The position numbers were made by a program, and so were the translations under genes. From Mantamonas sphyraenae STR306 (Eukaryota; Protista; CRuMs), in NCBI GenBank assembly GCA_026936335.1, contig JAPMXV010000017.1, positions 62,001 through 126,000 of the forward strand: a stretch of 64,000 nt of DNA. The letters are read 5' to 3'. Shown in pieces: positions 12,299 to 23,154 of the stretch (positions are counted from its first letter, which is position 1; each line of letters opens with the position of its first letter). Under the pieces are notes generated by a model. The model was given only the letters and a program-made list of their open reading frames with translations, searched no databases and was not told where the DNA came from.

Positions 12299-12951
12299 AC
12301 TTGTGCGCCGGCGCACACAGCACTTGGATGTCGACGGACAAGAAAACAACATTGGTGGTGGGCATTTCAGGCCCCAGTGGCAGTGGAAAGACCACGGTGA
12401 CGGATCTGGTGCGCGGCCTGCTGGAGGAGGCCGGGTTGGTTGTTGCCCTTGTGGAGCAGGACCACTTTTACCGCGGCAAAGAAGAGGATGCGTACGAGTA
12501 CATCTGGGAACTGAAGCGACTGAACTTTGACAACCCAGATGTGATTGACCACCGGCGTATGGTGGAGGAAATGAAGCGGCAGCTGGCAGGGGAAGAGGGA
12601 GGGAAGGTGCCGGACGTTTTGCTGCTGGAAGGGTTCATCGCGTTTGAGACCAGCGAGGCCAGGGACCTGTGTGACTTGGCCTTTCTGCTGGAAACCGATT
12701 TGGAAACATGCATTGAGCGTCGGTCGAACAGAGCGGACAAGGACAGGCATCTGCGACACGACGAAGGCGACTGGTTCATTCCGTACATGAACAAGATCGC
12801 GTGGCCGCTGCACATGGAGTACTGCGAACGCATTGAAGAATGGATGGATGCGGATAAGGAGCATAGGATGCGTGTGGACGTCACTACGGCGAGCGCGGAA
12901 GAGTCTGCCGGCATGATTTCCAAGGTGGTGATGGAACAAGCGGCTTCATGA
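12295..12951 (+). CDS. Uridine kinase / nicotinamide riboside kinase family P-loop kinase (start 12295 or 12328)
   Basis: VVGISGPSGSGKTT Walker A, EQDHFY, NFDNPDVID, VLLLEG and CIERR..R lid motif. Confidence 0.85.
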   Translation: MNLCAGAHSTWMSTDKKTTLVVGISGPSGSGKTTVTDLVRGLLEEAGLVVALVEQDHFYRGKEEDAYEYIWELKRLNFDNPDVIDHRRMVEEMKRQLAGEEGGKVPDVLLLEGFIAFETSEARDLCDLAFLLETDLETCIERRSNRADKDRHLRHDEGDWFIPYMNKIAWPLHMEYCERIEEWMDADKEHRMRVDVTTASAEESAGMISKVVMEQAAS

Positions 12952-15900
12952 GGCGGTGGTGGTGTTGAGGGAGGACAGAAGGGCGCCGGATGCGGAAAGG
13001 AACCCAGAAACGAGTGTGCTCAGCAGGGCAGGAGTCAGTTTGAGGCCGAGGACCTGGATGGGTCGCTGGTGGCGCAGTTTGTCGGCAATGGCTTCCAGGA
13101 GGTGTCTGGTTTGTGCCATCTTTTGCTTTTCATCGTCGCGCAGGCCGTAGGTATCTGTGTGGATGAGCTCCTCCACACTGAAGGTGATGGATTCCATCTG
13201 CGAGACGTGAGCTTGCTCCATTTGGTTCACGGTGGCGCCAATGAACACGACTTCAAAGAGGTTGAAGGCATAGAACACAAGGAGCACCGTGCTTTGGATG
13301 CTGGCCCCGTCAAAGGAGAGGATGCCTGTTTGGAAGAGAAACACTTCGAGCAATTTGTAGGCGAGAGTGAGGAGCACAAGCAGCATGATGATGATGAGCG
13401 TCTGCTCCAGGTCCTTCATGCGTGCCCTCTTGCTCTCGCGGATGTTGTTGCGGCTGTGCATCCAGGCCATGAGGTTGTCCGGGCCATGGCTGTCGACGAG
13501 ATCGAGGAATGGCACGGCGAGCTTGATGCGCTTCTCGTTTGGGTTTTCCACCTTTTCCAACAGCTTGCGCATCTTGTCGTGGTGCGTCATGGTGTCCAAC
13601 ATGCCATACTCGCTGCGCATCTCCCAGAGCACAGGCTGCGAGCGACGGAGCACAAGCACCGCGGCAGCCATGAGCAGCGGTGTCAAGGCCATGTTGGTGA
13701 GCACAATGATCATGTCGGGCAGTCCATCGCCCAGGAACGCTTGCGTGGGATCGTTCAGGCGTACGAGAGCAGGCACGAGGGCAAAGGCGACAGAGGCCAC
13801 AAAGGCAACCACCATGCCAAGGACCAGCCATCGAGACGATGCATCGTGCAGCTCCAGCTCCTTGCTGCGGTTCGACTTGATGGCCAGCACCATGTGGTCA
13901 AACAGATCCTGGGCATTTTCGATGTGTGGAAATTCGTGGTCGTCGATGTGGACACGCATGCGCCGCATGACTGCCAGCTGCACCAGCTCCCTGCGATGGT
14001 CTTTGTCCATGCGACGTGTGCCTCTTCCTTGGGCCTGTTCATAGAGCCTGCGAAGTTGGGTCCCGAGGAAAGACCAAATGAAGAGGAGAATGACAGGCAT
14101 CCAGGCTTCCGTGGCCGATGCCTGCTTGGCCATGCCCATGAGAAAGAGGGCCCATGAAAAGATGAGCACCGCCCAGACGGGTAATCCGACCACGAGGAAG
14201 GCCAGGATGGCCAGCCAGAGTTGCACGTCGCCTGGACCCAACGCCTGCGTGTCGATGTACACCCAGAGCAGGGAGAAGGGCCAAAACAGAATGCCCACCA
14301 TTGTCGAAGCGGCCGAAAGCAGCGAAAACTCGTCATCGTCTTCGTCATCGACGCCGTCGCCAGATGCGGCCACCTCCACAGCCATCGACTTGAGGTGGCG
14401 CAGACATTCGTGGATCACTTGCTCACGCATGGGATGCTGTGGGAACGGGGTGCGTCCGTGTGCATGTGTGGAAGCCAACGCCTGCCAGTTTGGGCGAAAT
14501 GGGCCTGTTTGCTGCGCCAGGAGCAGTTGGAACTCCACCACATCCAAATCACGATGGCCCATCGGTGCTTCCTGATTGTCATCGTTGGTCCATGGGCAGG
14601 AACGTTCTCCACGAGAAGATTGGCACGGTGCATGAGGAGAGCAGCGACAGCGTCGAGCTGGTCGACGATTGGATCGAGAAAGAACTCGCGCTCAGCGGCC
14701 TTGACTTCCTCGGTGGGCACCGTGACACTGAAGCTGCCGTGTGTGCTGTCTGTTTGTATCGCGTGTGTCTCTCTGGGTGATACGAGTGACGTGAGATGGG
14801 AGTGTTGGTCGTCCACACGAATGTGATGGTCACCGTGGTTGGCCTCCTCGTCCTCCACCCGAACCTCCTCGTCCTCCTCTTCACCCCCCTCCTCCGCCTC
14901 ATTCTCTTCGTTCGTGGAATTCGCTTCCACACGTGTCGGTTTGTCCGTGTCCTCCTTTGTCTCTGCCGTTTCAACGGCGTCAATGTCAAATTGCTGAGGA
15001 AGGCGGTGCCGTAGCGCGCAATAGAGGATGTCCTGCAGCTCCACAACCGAAATACTTCCAGAAAGATTCTCATCAAAGGTTGAAAACAGTTTGCGCACAC
15101 CGTGGGCCACACTGTGGTTGGGTTTCAGCACGGCGGCACTGAGCGATGCAAACGGGCCGCTTGCACTTGCAGGCATGCCTAGCTTGCACTCAAACCGCGT
15201 GTGGACTCCATCGTCCCGTGATTGGACACTAAACAGACCGTGGCCGAGGGAGGGTCGTGTCATGCAGTCTTGGGACCGGCTCCAGGCTTCTTCGAGCACG
15301 CGACGTGTTCCTTGCGCCCTACGCACCTCTACTCGGTAGCGGTGCCAAAACTCGGGCACCACACTGTCTTCACCCAACTCGTCCTTCATGTTTGTCATCA
15401 CTGTGTGTTCCAGCTCCCCGCTGCTGGCGGCCAGGAGGACCGAAACAATGTTCTGAGCTCGCGACGCGTCAGGAGACATACACACCCGTTCCAACGGCAA
15501 CACACAGCCACGCAACCCACCTCAATCATAGACACCAAAGCACTGCCTCGTTTCACGTTCATGCACGCATCCAGGGCCGTCTCCCAGTCGGAAAAGCGTT
15601 TGGTTTTGCCGCCGTTCTCGCGCTGATCTTTCTGCGGCACACGCGAGTCCAACACCTTGCGGGACACGTCACTGGCCAGAGCACTGGCACGAACAATGTC
15701 CGCGATGACCCCGCGCTTCGTGTCGGGCCGCATGCGCATCACATGAGATCCCTGCACGAGGTAGAGGGGCCAGGAGAAGAACATGACGTCCACAGCCGCC
15801 CTCTCAACAAACGGCATATACTCTTTGAAATTCACTGTCTCCTCACCAATCTTGAATGATGTGCACTTGTCAATGGCGTCTGTGCGAGGCGGCAAGGGCA

Positions 15901-16011
15901 AGGCGCCGGCGCCGACTTCCCGTGCCCGTCAGCAGAGGTCATGGCGTACACTCGTGCCGTGCTTCCACGTCCTTTGCGTCTACGCACACCACTGCCACTG
16001 TCACTGGACAT
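12946..16011 (-). CDS. Multi-pass membrane protein, PHTF/7TMIC-like C-terminal half, with an N-terminal region carrying an EF-hand
   Basis: ORFs 15398..15901, 14415..15515 and 12946..14562 are joined by intron 15453..15520, a tentative intron 15880..15989 and an apparent -1 frameshift near 14590. About 7 hydrophobic helices. VPFLDL..DNLMAWMHSR and PIQVLGLKLTPALLSTLVSGFLSA resemble PHTF blocks. EF loop DENLSGSISVVE. Confidence 0.65.
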
Positions 16012-16111
16012 CCACTCCTCTTCTGGTGTGACTTGGCAACTTTGTTTGAGTTTCCTTGCGGGCTGCTGCGCGCATCCCTGCCCACGCTCACTCCACACTC
16101 ACCCATCCACC

Positions 16112-17930
16112 TTAGAACCACTGCTTCTTCTGGAAGTACTTCCACAGCGCGACAGAAAACAGTGCCATGCAGCCGAGAATGATGAAAAACGGCCAGAGGG
16201 TGTCGTTTTCGTCGGCAGGCGGCTGGCCGGGCACTCGGACATTGATTCCCCACAGACTGGCCATAAACACAGCCGGAAGCACAATGGTGGCCACTGCGTT
16301 GAATACCTTCATCTCCTGGTTCATGACGGCACTTTCGGCCGCCATGATGACGCTGATCTGGCTCAGGTATGCTTCACGCGACGCTGCCAGTGCCTCCTTG
16401 CTATGCTCCAGACTGGACAACAGGTCCCGCAGCGAATCAGCCACGTCCATAAAGAAATAGAGCATCTGCGAGTCGAGGATGCGGTGCGTGGACGGATCTC
16501 CAAGCGGGGAGAGGGTTGCCAGCCGCGAGGATTCACGCTGCCTCAAATTCAGGCTGCTGGAGCCGCTAAAGCTGCTGGACGACTGCGCCATCCCCTGTGT
16601 CGATGAGTTCTGTGCCTGTTGCTCCAGGGTGTTGACCAACAGGTCTATGAGTCGCTTTTGCGGCTGCAAGAGATGCGTGGTGGTGACCAGACGGCGACGT
16701 GACATGTTCATGCGCAACAACATGTCACTGTGTTCATCCACGCCACTGAGGGAGGTGGTGAGCTCGTCCAGACTGGCCACGTCGTGGCTGATGGCCTCTG
16801 TGATGGGCACAAACTGACGGTAGTGGCTCTCGAGGAGGTGATACACGACGAGGCCGACGTTGGGCAGTGCGTTGTTGATCAGCATGGCGTGGAAGCGACG
16901 CAGCAGGGTCATGGTCAGACTCCACGGCTCGGGATGGACGCAGATGACCAGCTGTTTGAAAATGAGGACGTGGACAAGGGCATGCGCATCCTCGTGTGCT
17001 CGATTGGCAGGCCCACGTGCGGGTGCGTTGGCTTGGTTGATGGACACAAAGCTAAAGTAGATGTACCGCTTGAAGAACTCCAGCTTCTGGGTGGAGCTGG
17101 TGCTGTGTTTGATGTCGTCCACCGTGAGACTGTGCAGTCCGCAGTACTGTTGGAGCACATTCATGTCGTCGTCGGTGGGTGCAATGATGTCAATCCAACG
17201 AGCCTTGCAGGGGCGGCGTCCGGTGGTAGGGTTTGTGCGTCCTGCGTTGGCGTCTTCACTCTCGCCGTCACCGCCCTCACTCAGGGTGCTCGACGTCGCA
17301 CGGAACTTGTGCACGTGTGCATGTTTGGGCTGGGGAAACTGTGAGAAGAAGGTGAGACAATCCGGGTACAGATGCAGGTCGCCAGCCACGTCCAGCAGCA
17401 ACACCCGATCGCGTTCGTTCTGCTTCAGCTGCATCAGATCATCCATGGGGTCACTCAACGTGCCCGACGTGGTAGAAGTCCGAGTCATCGTCCAACGCGT
17501 CGCTGGCCTCGGGCACCACGTCCACCTGGTTGATGGCCAACGGGAAGGCAAGCACCTGTCCCTGCTCGCCGCCGCCATGCGAGCCAGGAAGCGTTGCCAG
17601 CACAGGCTGTGCCAATTGGCCCTCCTGCGAGATGATCATGGGCGTTGTATTGGCCATAAACTCGGGCGAAATGAGCAGCACGTCGCTCATGTCCACCGAG
17701 TCCGGCTGGGCCAGCGCCTCAAGGCCCGTGTAGGTTTCCGAGTCGGAGCCCCCGCCCACACTCTCCGGCGGCGCACTCGACACCGAGTTGGCCCGCACCG
17801 CCATGGCGTGCTGCACAGCCGCGTACTGCTCCTCTTCGTCCGCCATGGTCGTCACATACTCCGACACACCCGCAGGCACGAGCGGTTGGCCATCATCCGA
17901 GGTCAGCACCGAACGGCTGGCTTGGGACAT
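16112..17930 (-). CDS. CorA/Alr1-family Mg2+ transporter
   Basis: WIDIIAPT, GLHSLTVDDI, KLEFFKRY, MNQEMKVF..VATIVLP and LWGINVRVPG (GxN signature), plus two C-terminal TM helices. N-terminal ORF 17451..17966 (ATG 17930) joins via an apparent +1 frameshift near 17463. Confidence 0.88.
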
Positions 17931-17971
17931 TTGCTTGCCCGCGCTCCTGCCTCCGCAAACCAACACGCGCC
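17931..17971. promoter_or_regulatory. Putative ultra-short bidirectional promoter/5' region between CorA and WDR7
   Basis: 41 bp between the divergent ATGs; contains cgcaaaccaac. Confidence 0.45.
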
Positions 17972-20900
17972 ATGAGCTCCCAGCTGCTCGTGCCCACTGC
18001 CCTATGGAGCGGGCAGCCTGAGCACGACATCAGTTGCATGCTGCTGAGCGAGCGCATGCGTGGCGAGGACAGCCAACCTGTCCTCTTTACCGGCTGCGTC
18101 TCTGGCCAGCTGGTGCTCTGGGAATACACCAAGCAACAGGTCCGTTGTCGCTCTCCAAATTCCTCTCCACACAAACGCATCACAGCCAAACGCTGCCTGC
18201 ATTAGACATTCATCCCTCTGCCTGTTTGGCGTGTGATGCGAGTCCATGGCAAGCGTGTACCGGCACTTTGTGCGGCCTCCCCTCTCGCCCTGCCTGGCTT
18301 TGTTCCTGACACCCCTCCACAGGAGTTTTCCGCAAAGCTCATGCTGTTGGGACACAATAGTCGCGTGTGTGCAATGACTCAGACGCTTCACGACACACGC
18401 GAGGCTGTGATTTCAGGTGAGTGGCCCTGGAGACGCACGAACGCTGCTGCAGCGGCAGTGCACGCGGAAAGGATCGCCGACGCACACTCACTCACACGCC
18501 GCCCTGTGGCCATACCACTCATCATACACCCCCCTCCCGTCCCTCCCCTCTCCCCCCTTCTTCAACCCTTCCCCTGTTGCGTACACACTTGTACACAGCT
18601 TCTGTGGATGGCCGCTTGTGTGTGTGGGACCCGGAAGACGGCCGCTGCCTGAACTCGTCGGACAATGCGCTGGAACACGTGACGCCGCTGCGGCTGGAAG
18701 AACTGCCGACGCGAGGCAACGTGGCGTGCTCAGGCAACCACTTTACGGTGGAAATCATCAACACGAGCACACTTCAGGTGGTACGCGTCATCCGCGGCGC
18801 CGACGAGTGGATCTCGGGCATGGTGGCAGCCAACTTTGGCTCGCCTTCGGAGCCCGAGTCGGTGCTTATTACTGCAGGCCAGGCTGGCGAAGTGGCCTAT
18901 TGGCAGCTCAGCCAGCGAGCGTCGTGGGGCGACCATAGCATGTTCGGGAACGGCAACAGGTTGAGCACAAGCAGCAGCGGAAGCTCACAGAGCCTGTCCA
19001 GCCTAGCCAGCAGCCCGTCGCTCGTGTCAGCCTCCTCCACGTCGTCGACATCATCGTCCAAATCCAATCGTGGCTCAAGCCGTCTCAAGACGCTCAAAGA
19101 GTCGTACCGGCAGCGCAAGGGCAAGAGCAAAGACTTCGGCGGCAGTGAGAGGGGCGCACGCGACAGCGTGGACATCAGCGGGTCGTTTGGCATGGGCAGT
19201 TCGACAGCAAGCTTGGACCAAAGCCCGGGAGCGTTGCTGAGCAATGTTGTGTCGGCCGCATTCACGGAGGAGGAGCTGCGTCTGGAGAGGGAACGTGAGG
19301 AGCCGTTGCAATGGGTTGAATCGAGCCAGCCTGTGACGAATGTGTTGTTTCACAGCGACTCGCGCACCCTCATTCTCATTTGCGGTGCCTATTTCACTCA
19401 CTTTTCCATGGGCAAGCGTGCGCCGCGTACGCGCACCCCGTGTCCGGCAAAGGGTCAGCAGTGGCGTGGAGGCGCGTTTCTGGACAACTCGCAGCACATG
19501 CTGGCCATGTGGACCAACCATGGCTGTGTGTATGTGTACGATGTGGACGTGTACGCCGACGTCAAGGACGAAACTGACCCGTATGTGGAGTCGCCGATGG
19601 AAGAGTTTTCCTTTCTGCCCGAGGAAGACACAGCGGAGGACAGCGAAGGACTTGGCAGGTATCCGCAATGTACAGTGCAAGCGGTGTTGGTGGACACACG
19701 TGCAGACGAGGCGGAGCAGCAGCGGTGTGACGCTTTGCTTGTGGAGGCCTGTGTTTGTGCCGCCAAGGATCTGATCTGCGTGGGCGACACCTCGGGCCGT
19801 GTGGCAGCCTGGCGAGTGTCGCAGGTGGTGGATGCCATTGCACGCGCAGGGGTGGGCATGGAGGGAGAGCCCGAGGGGGCTCAAGTGGCCGAAGTGGCAG
19901 CTTCATTCTGCGCTCCGTTTGAACCTGTGGATGAGGACAAGGCGCAGGAGACGGTAAACTGTGTGCACGAACTCGATGGCATCCCCATCTTTGCACAGGG
20001 CTACCGTGATGGACGCGTGCGCGTGCAGGTGTTGCCTTGGGATGCGCAACCGCAGGAGCTACACGAGCACAAGCATGCAATCACCGCGCTGCTGATCATG
20101 GATGAATGCGAGGCGCCGACGCTGGTGTCTGCAGACGCCATCGGTCTCGTGTGCGTGTGGAATATGCAGAACAGCAGCCTGCTTGCGTCGTTCCACAACC
20201 ACAGCGCGTCTGTGCCACACCTCTTTCAGGCTCCGCCAGCCTCCAAGCTGCGCCGGTTTGCCTCATTCTGCTCTAATGGCAACGACAACACCGTGTGTGT
20301 GTACTCGTTGCGCACCATGTCCTGCATCTATGTGCTGGGTGGCCACAGCAGTCTCGTGCACGCGGTGCATTGGAGCGCATCCGACGCGTACTTGTTATGC
20401 GAGTGTATGGACGGCATCGTGTACATTTGGCAGCTAAACTCGGGTCAACTGGAGCGATGCGTGAGTGGTGACACGGCACTGCGTGTGCTCAGCGCGGGTG
20501 TGCTCAACCCGCAAGCCAAAGACATCCAACCCGGCGAAAAGGGCGTCTACTCCTTCCGCAAGCTCTACAACGAACGCGTGGACGAACACACCACGAGCAA
20601 ACGCTCCGTGCAGAGTGTCTACTTCAACCGCAATGCCTCCTCCAGTGTACAGATCCTCACCTTGAACATGAAGGTGTTTCAGCGTGACCTCGTGTCTGCC
20701 TTGCGACCCACCGCAGCGTCGTCCATGGCAAGCACGTCGTCATCGTCGTCGTCCTCCTCCTCCTCGTCTTCCTCTTTGAGGCCGTTTGAAAACGACGACG
20801 AGGACGACACGCCAATGAGCATCCAATCGGACTCCGTTGCGACCACGATTGAAGAGCTGTCACAAAGTGGCGGTGGCGACGACGACAGCCGAAGCAAGGC

Positions 20901-22338
20901 GGGTATTGTGCAATCCAAGGTGTTGCCATACTGGCCCTTTACGTACTTCCTGCCGCTGGACAGCGAGCTGCAAGAACTTGTGGCCAAGGAATTGCAGCTG
21001 CGGCCGGCCGAGCCCGAGGTGACGTTTGGACTCGTGGGCCACAATGGCGTGTTGACTCTGTGTCTGCCGCGCCAAGGGGTGTCAGCCATGGAGACGCGCT
21101 GGCAGCTCTCGTCGTTTGTGACGTCGTTGCACGCGTTGACAGCCATGGTCTTCTGCAAGGTGTTGCTGCTGATGCCGGAAGCGAGCAACGTGTGCAGCCG
21201 TCTCATGACATACTACTGCACCATGCTGCCGGAGCAGGTGGAAGAGTTTTGCGAGCCATCGCTGACAATGCTCATGCGTCACTGGCAGGACGACCACGAC
21301 GATGTGCAACAGAGTGCACGCACACTGATTGGGGCAGCCATCGACAGACGCTTTGAGCTGCATGGCAGTGTGTTTGTAAACCGCTGGGAGGCACACCTGG
21401 GCGATGACTTTCAGGCGGCGTTTGTGCTGGGCCGCCTGGGCCAGACACACCCCGGTTCGTTGGACGAAAAGGTGGGTGCACGCGTGTACCAGGAATTGTT
21501 TGCCACACTGAGTGCAGGGACACACCAGAGCTCGATGGCAGCCGAGGTGATCGGCAAGGGCTACGACTACTGGAGGCAATTCATGGACACCACGCGCAAG
21601 CGAGTGCTCATCAAATACCTTTTCCAGCTCAGCACCACACGCGCAGTGTCACCATCGGGTGCGATGGTCTGTCACCAATCCCTGCTGGCTGTGGGATCCG
21701 TGGAGCCGATGCAATTCATCGGCGCCCTGGGCAACGAAATCACAAGCGACTTTGCCACACAGCGGGAACGCATCGCTGCACTCAAAACCATGCAGCTGAT
21801 GGTCAAACGGCACGCACTGGCCATCCAGCCACACCTGACATGGCTTGTGGACGCGGTGTTGGCTGCGCTGAATCCGGAAAAGCCGCAGGTGCGTGACGCG
21901 TGCCTGAAAAGCACCACGCAGACGCTGCACACACTGGTGCGCAAGTACCCCATGGTGACGTTCCACCAACAAACACAGAAGCTTGCAGTGGGCACGACCG
22001 ACCGCACGATTGTGGTGTACGAGCTGCGCAGTGCAGTGGCGTCGCACGTGTACGAGGGCCACGAGGGAGCGATCAGTGCGTTGTGCTTCAACTCCACCGC
22101 AAAGTCGGTGGCGTCGTATTCCATGGAGGACTCGTCAGTGCGCGTGTGGCAGAACAGCTCGTCGTTCCTGGGCATTCTGGGCTCCAGCGGCAAGTGTGTG
22201 CACGTGTTTTCCGTCCCGCGCCTCGAGCGCCCCATGAGTGCCACTGCGCAGCTGGACACCGTGCGACTCACCTACTCCAGTGACAAGGCGTTGAGTTTGG
22301 TGCGCGGCAAGAGTGCCAAGGTGACAATCCAAGTGTGA
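17972..22338 (+). CDS. WDR7: WD40 protein WDR7 / rabconnectin-3 beta-like
   Basis: VPTALW..P.H.IS, TGC.SGQLVLW, LLGH, DGRLCVWD..DGRC, C.DG.VYIWQL.SGQLER, RWQLSS.VTSLH, RHWQD..DVQQSAR and YPMVTF..C-terminal WD repeats. Introns 18140..18322 and 18417..18598. Confidence 0.9.
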
Positions 22339-22384
22339 GCGGACGATGGCGACCCACGAACCAACACAAACATAAACTCTATCC

Positions 22385-23116
22385 ATGTCTTCCACGCAAA
22401 CGCTGTTGTCTGGCACGTACTTGCAAGGAAGCAACAACAGCGAGCTGGTGAAACGGCTCAAGGTGTGTTTGTCTGTGGAGCACGGGAGGGCAGGGAGCCC
22501 ACGCGCTGATCACCCACACACTTGGCTCACACACACGCGCGCCACTTTTTCTTGCACCTTCCGCACGGCACGTATGCTGCGTACACATCACGCAGAACGT
22601 GTGGGAGCTGCTTCAGTCGCTGCAGCAAGACTCGGAGGAGGCGCAGCCGGAGCAGCTGCGTCCACTGGCCGAGGAGCTGGTGTCGAAGAAAGTGCTGCAT
22701 CACAAATCTCACGACGTGCAGCTGCTCACAGCGTGCTGCATCGCAGATATCATCCGGCTGTATGCGCCGGACAGTCCATACGCAGAGAAAGACCTCGTGG
22801 TACGTGTGCACATGTGTGTCTGTGTGCAGCTGCTGTGCTGTTGCGTCCGCGACACGTCCCCGCGTTCCTGATGACCAGCCGTCGCCGTTCCTGATCACTC
22901 ACTCGCCGCTGACACCTGCGCGCACGCGTGATCCTACACAGGCCGTCTTCTCTCTTTTCATCGCACAGCTCAAGGGCTTGGAGCTGACTGAGGATGTGGG
23001 CTTTGCCAACCGCTTCTACCTGCTGGAAACGTGCGTTTTGGCGCCGAGGCGGCGATTTGGCGCCAAATTTTGGCGCGGGATTCACACACGTCGCGCAAGA
23101 AGGGCTGACACAAGGG

Positions 23117-23154
<38 letters not shown>

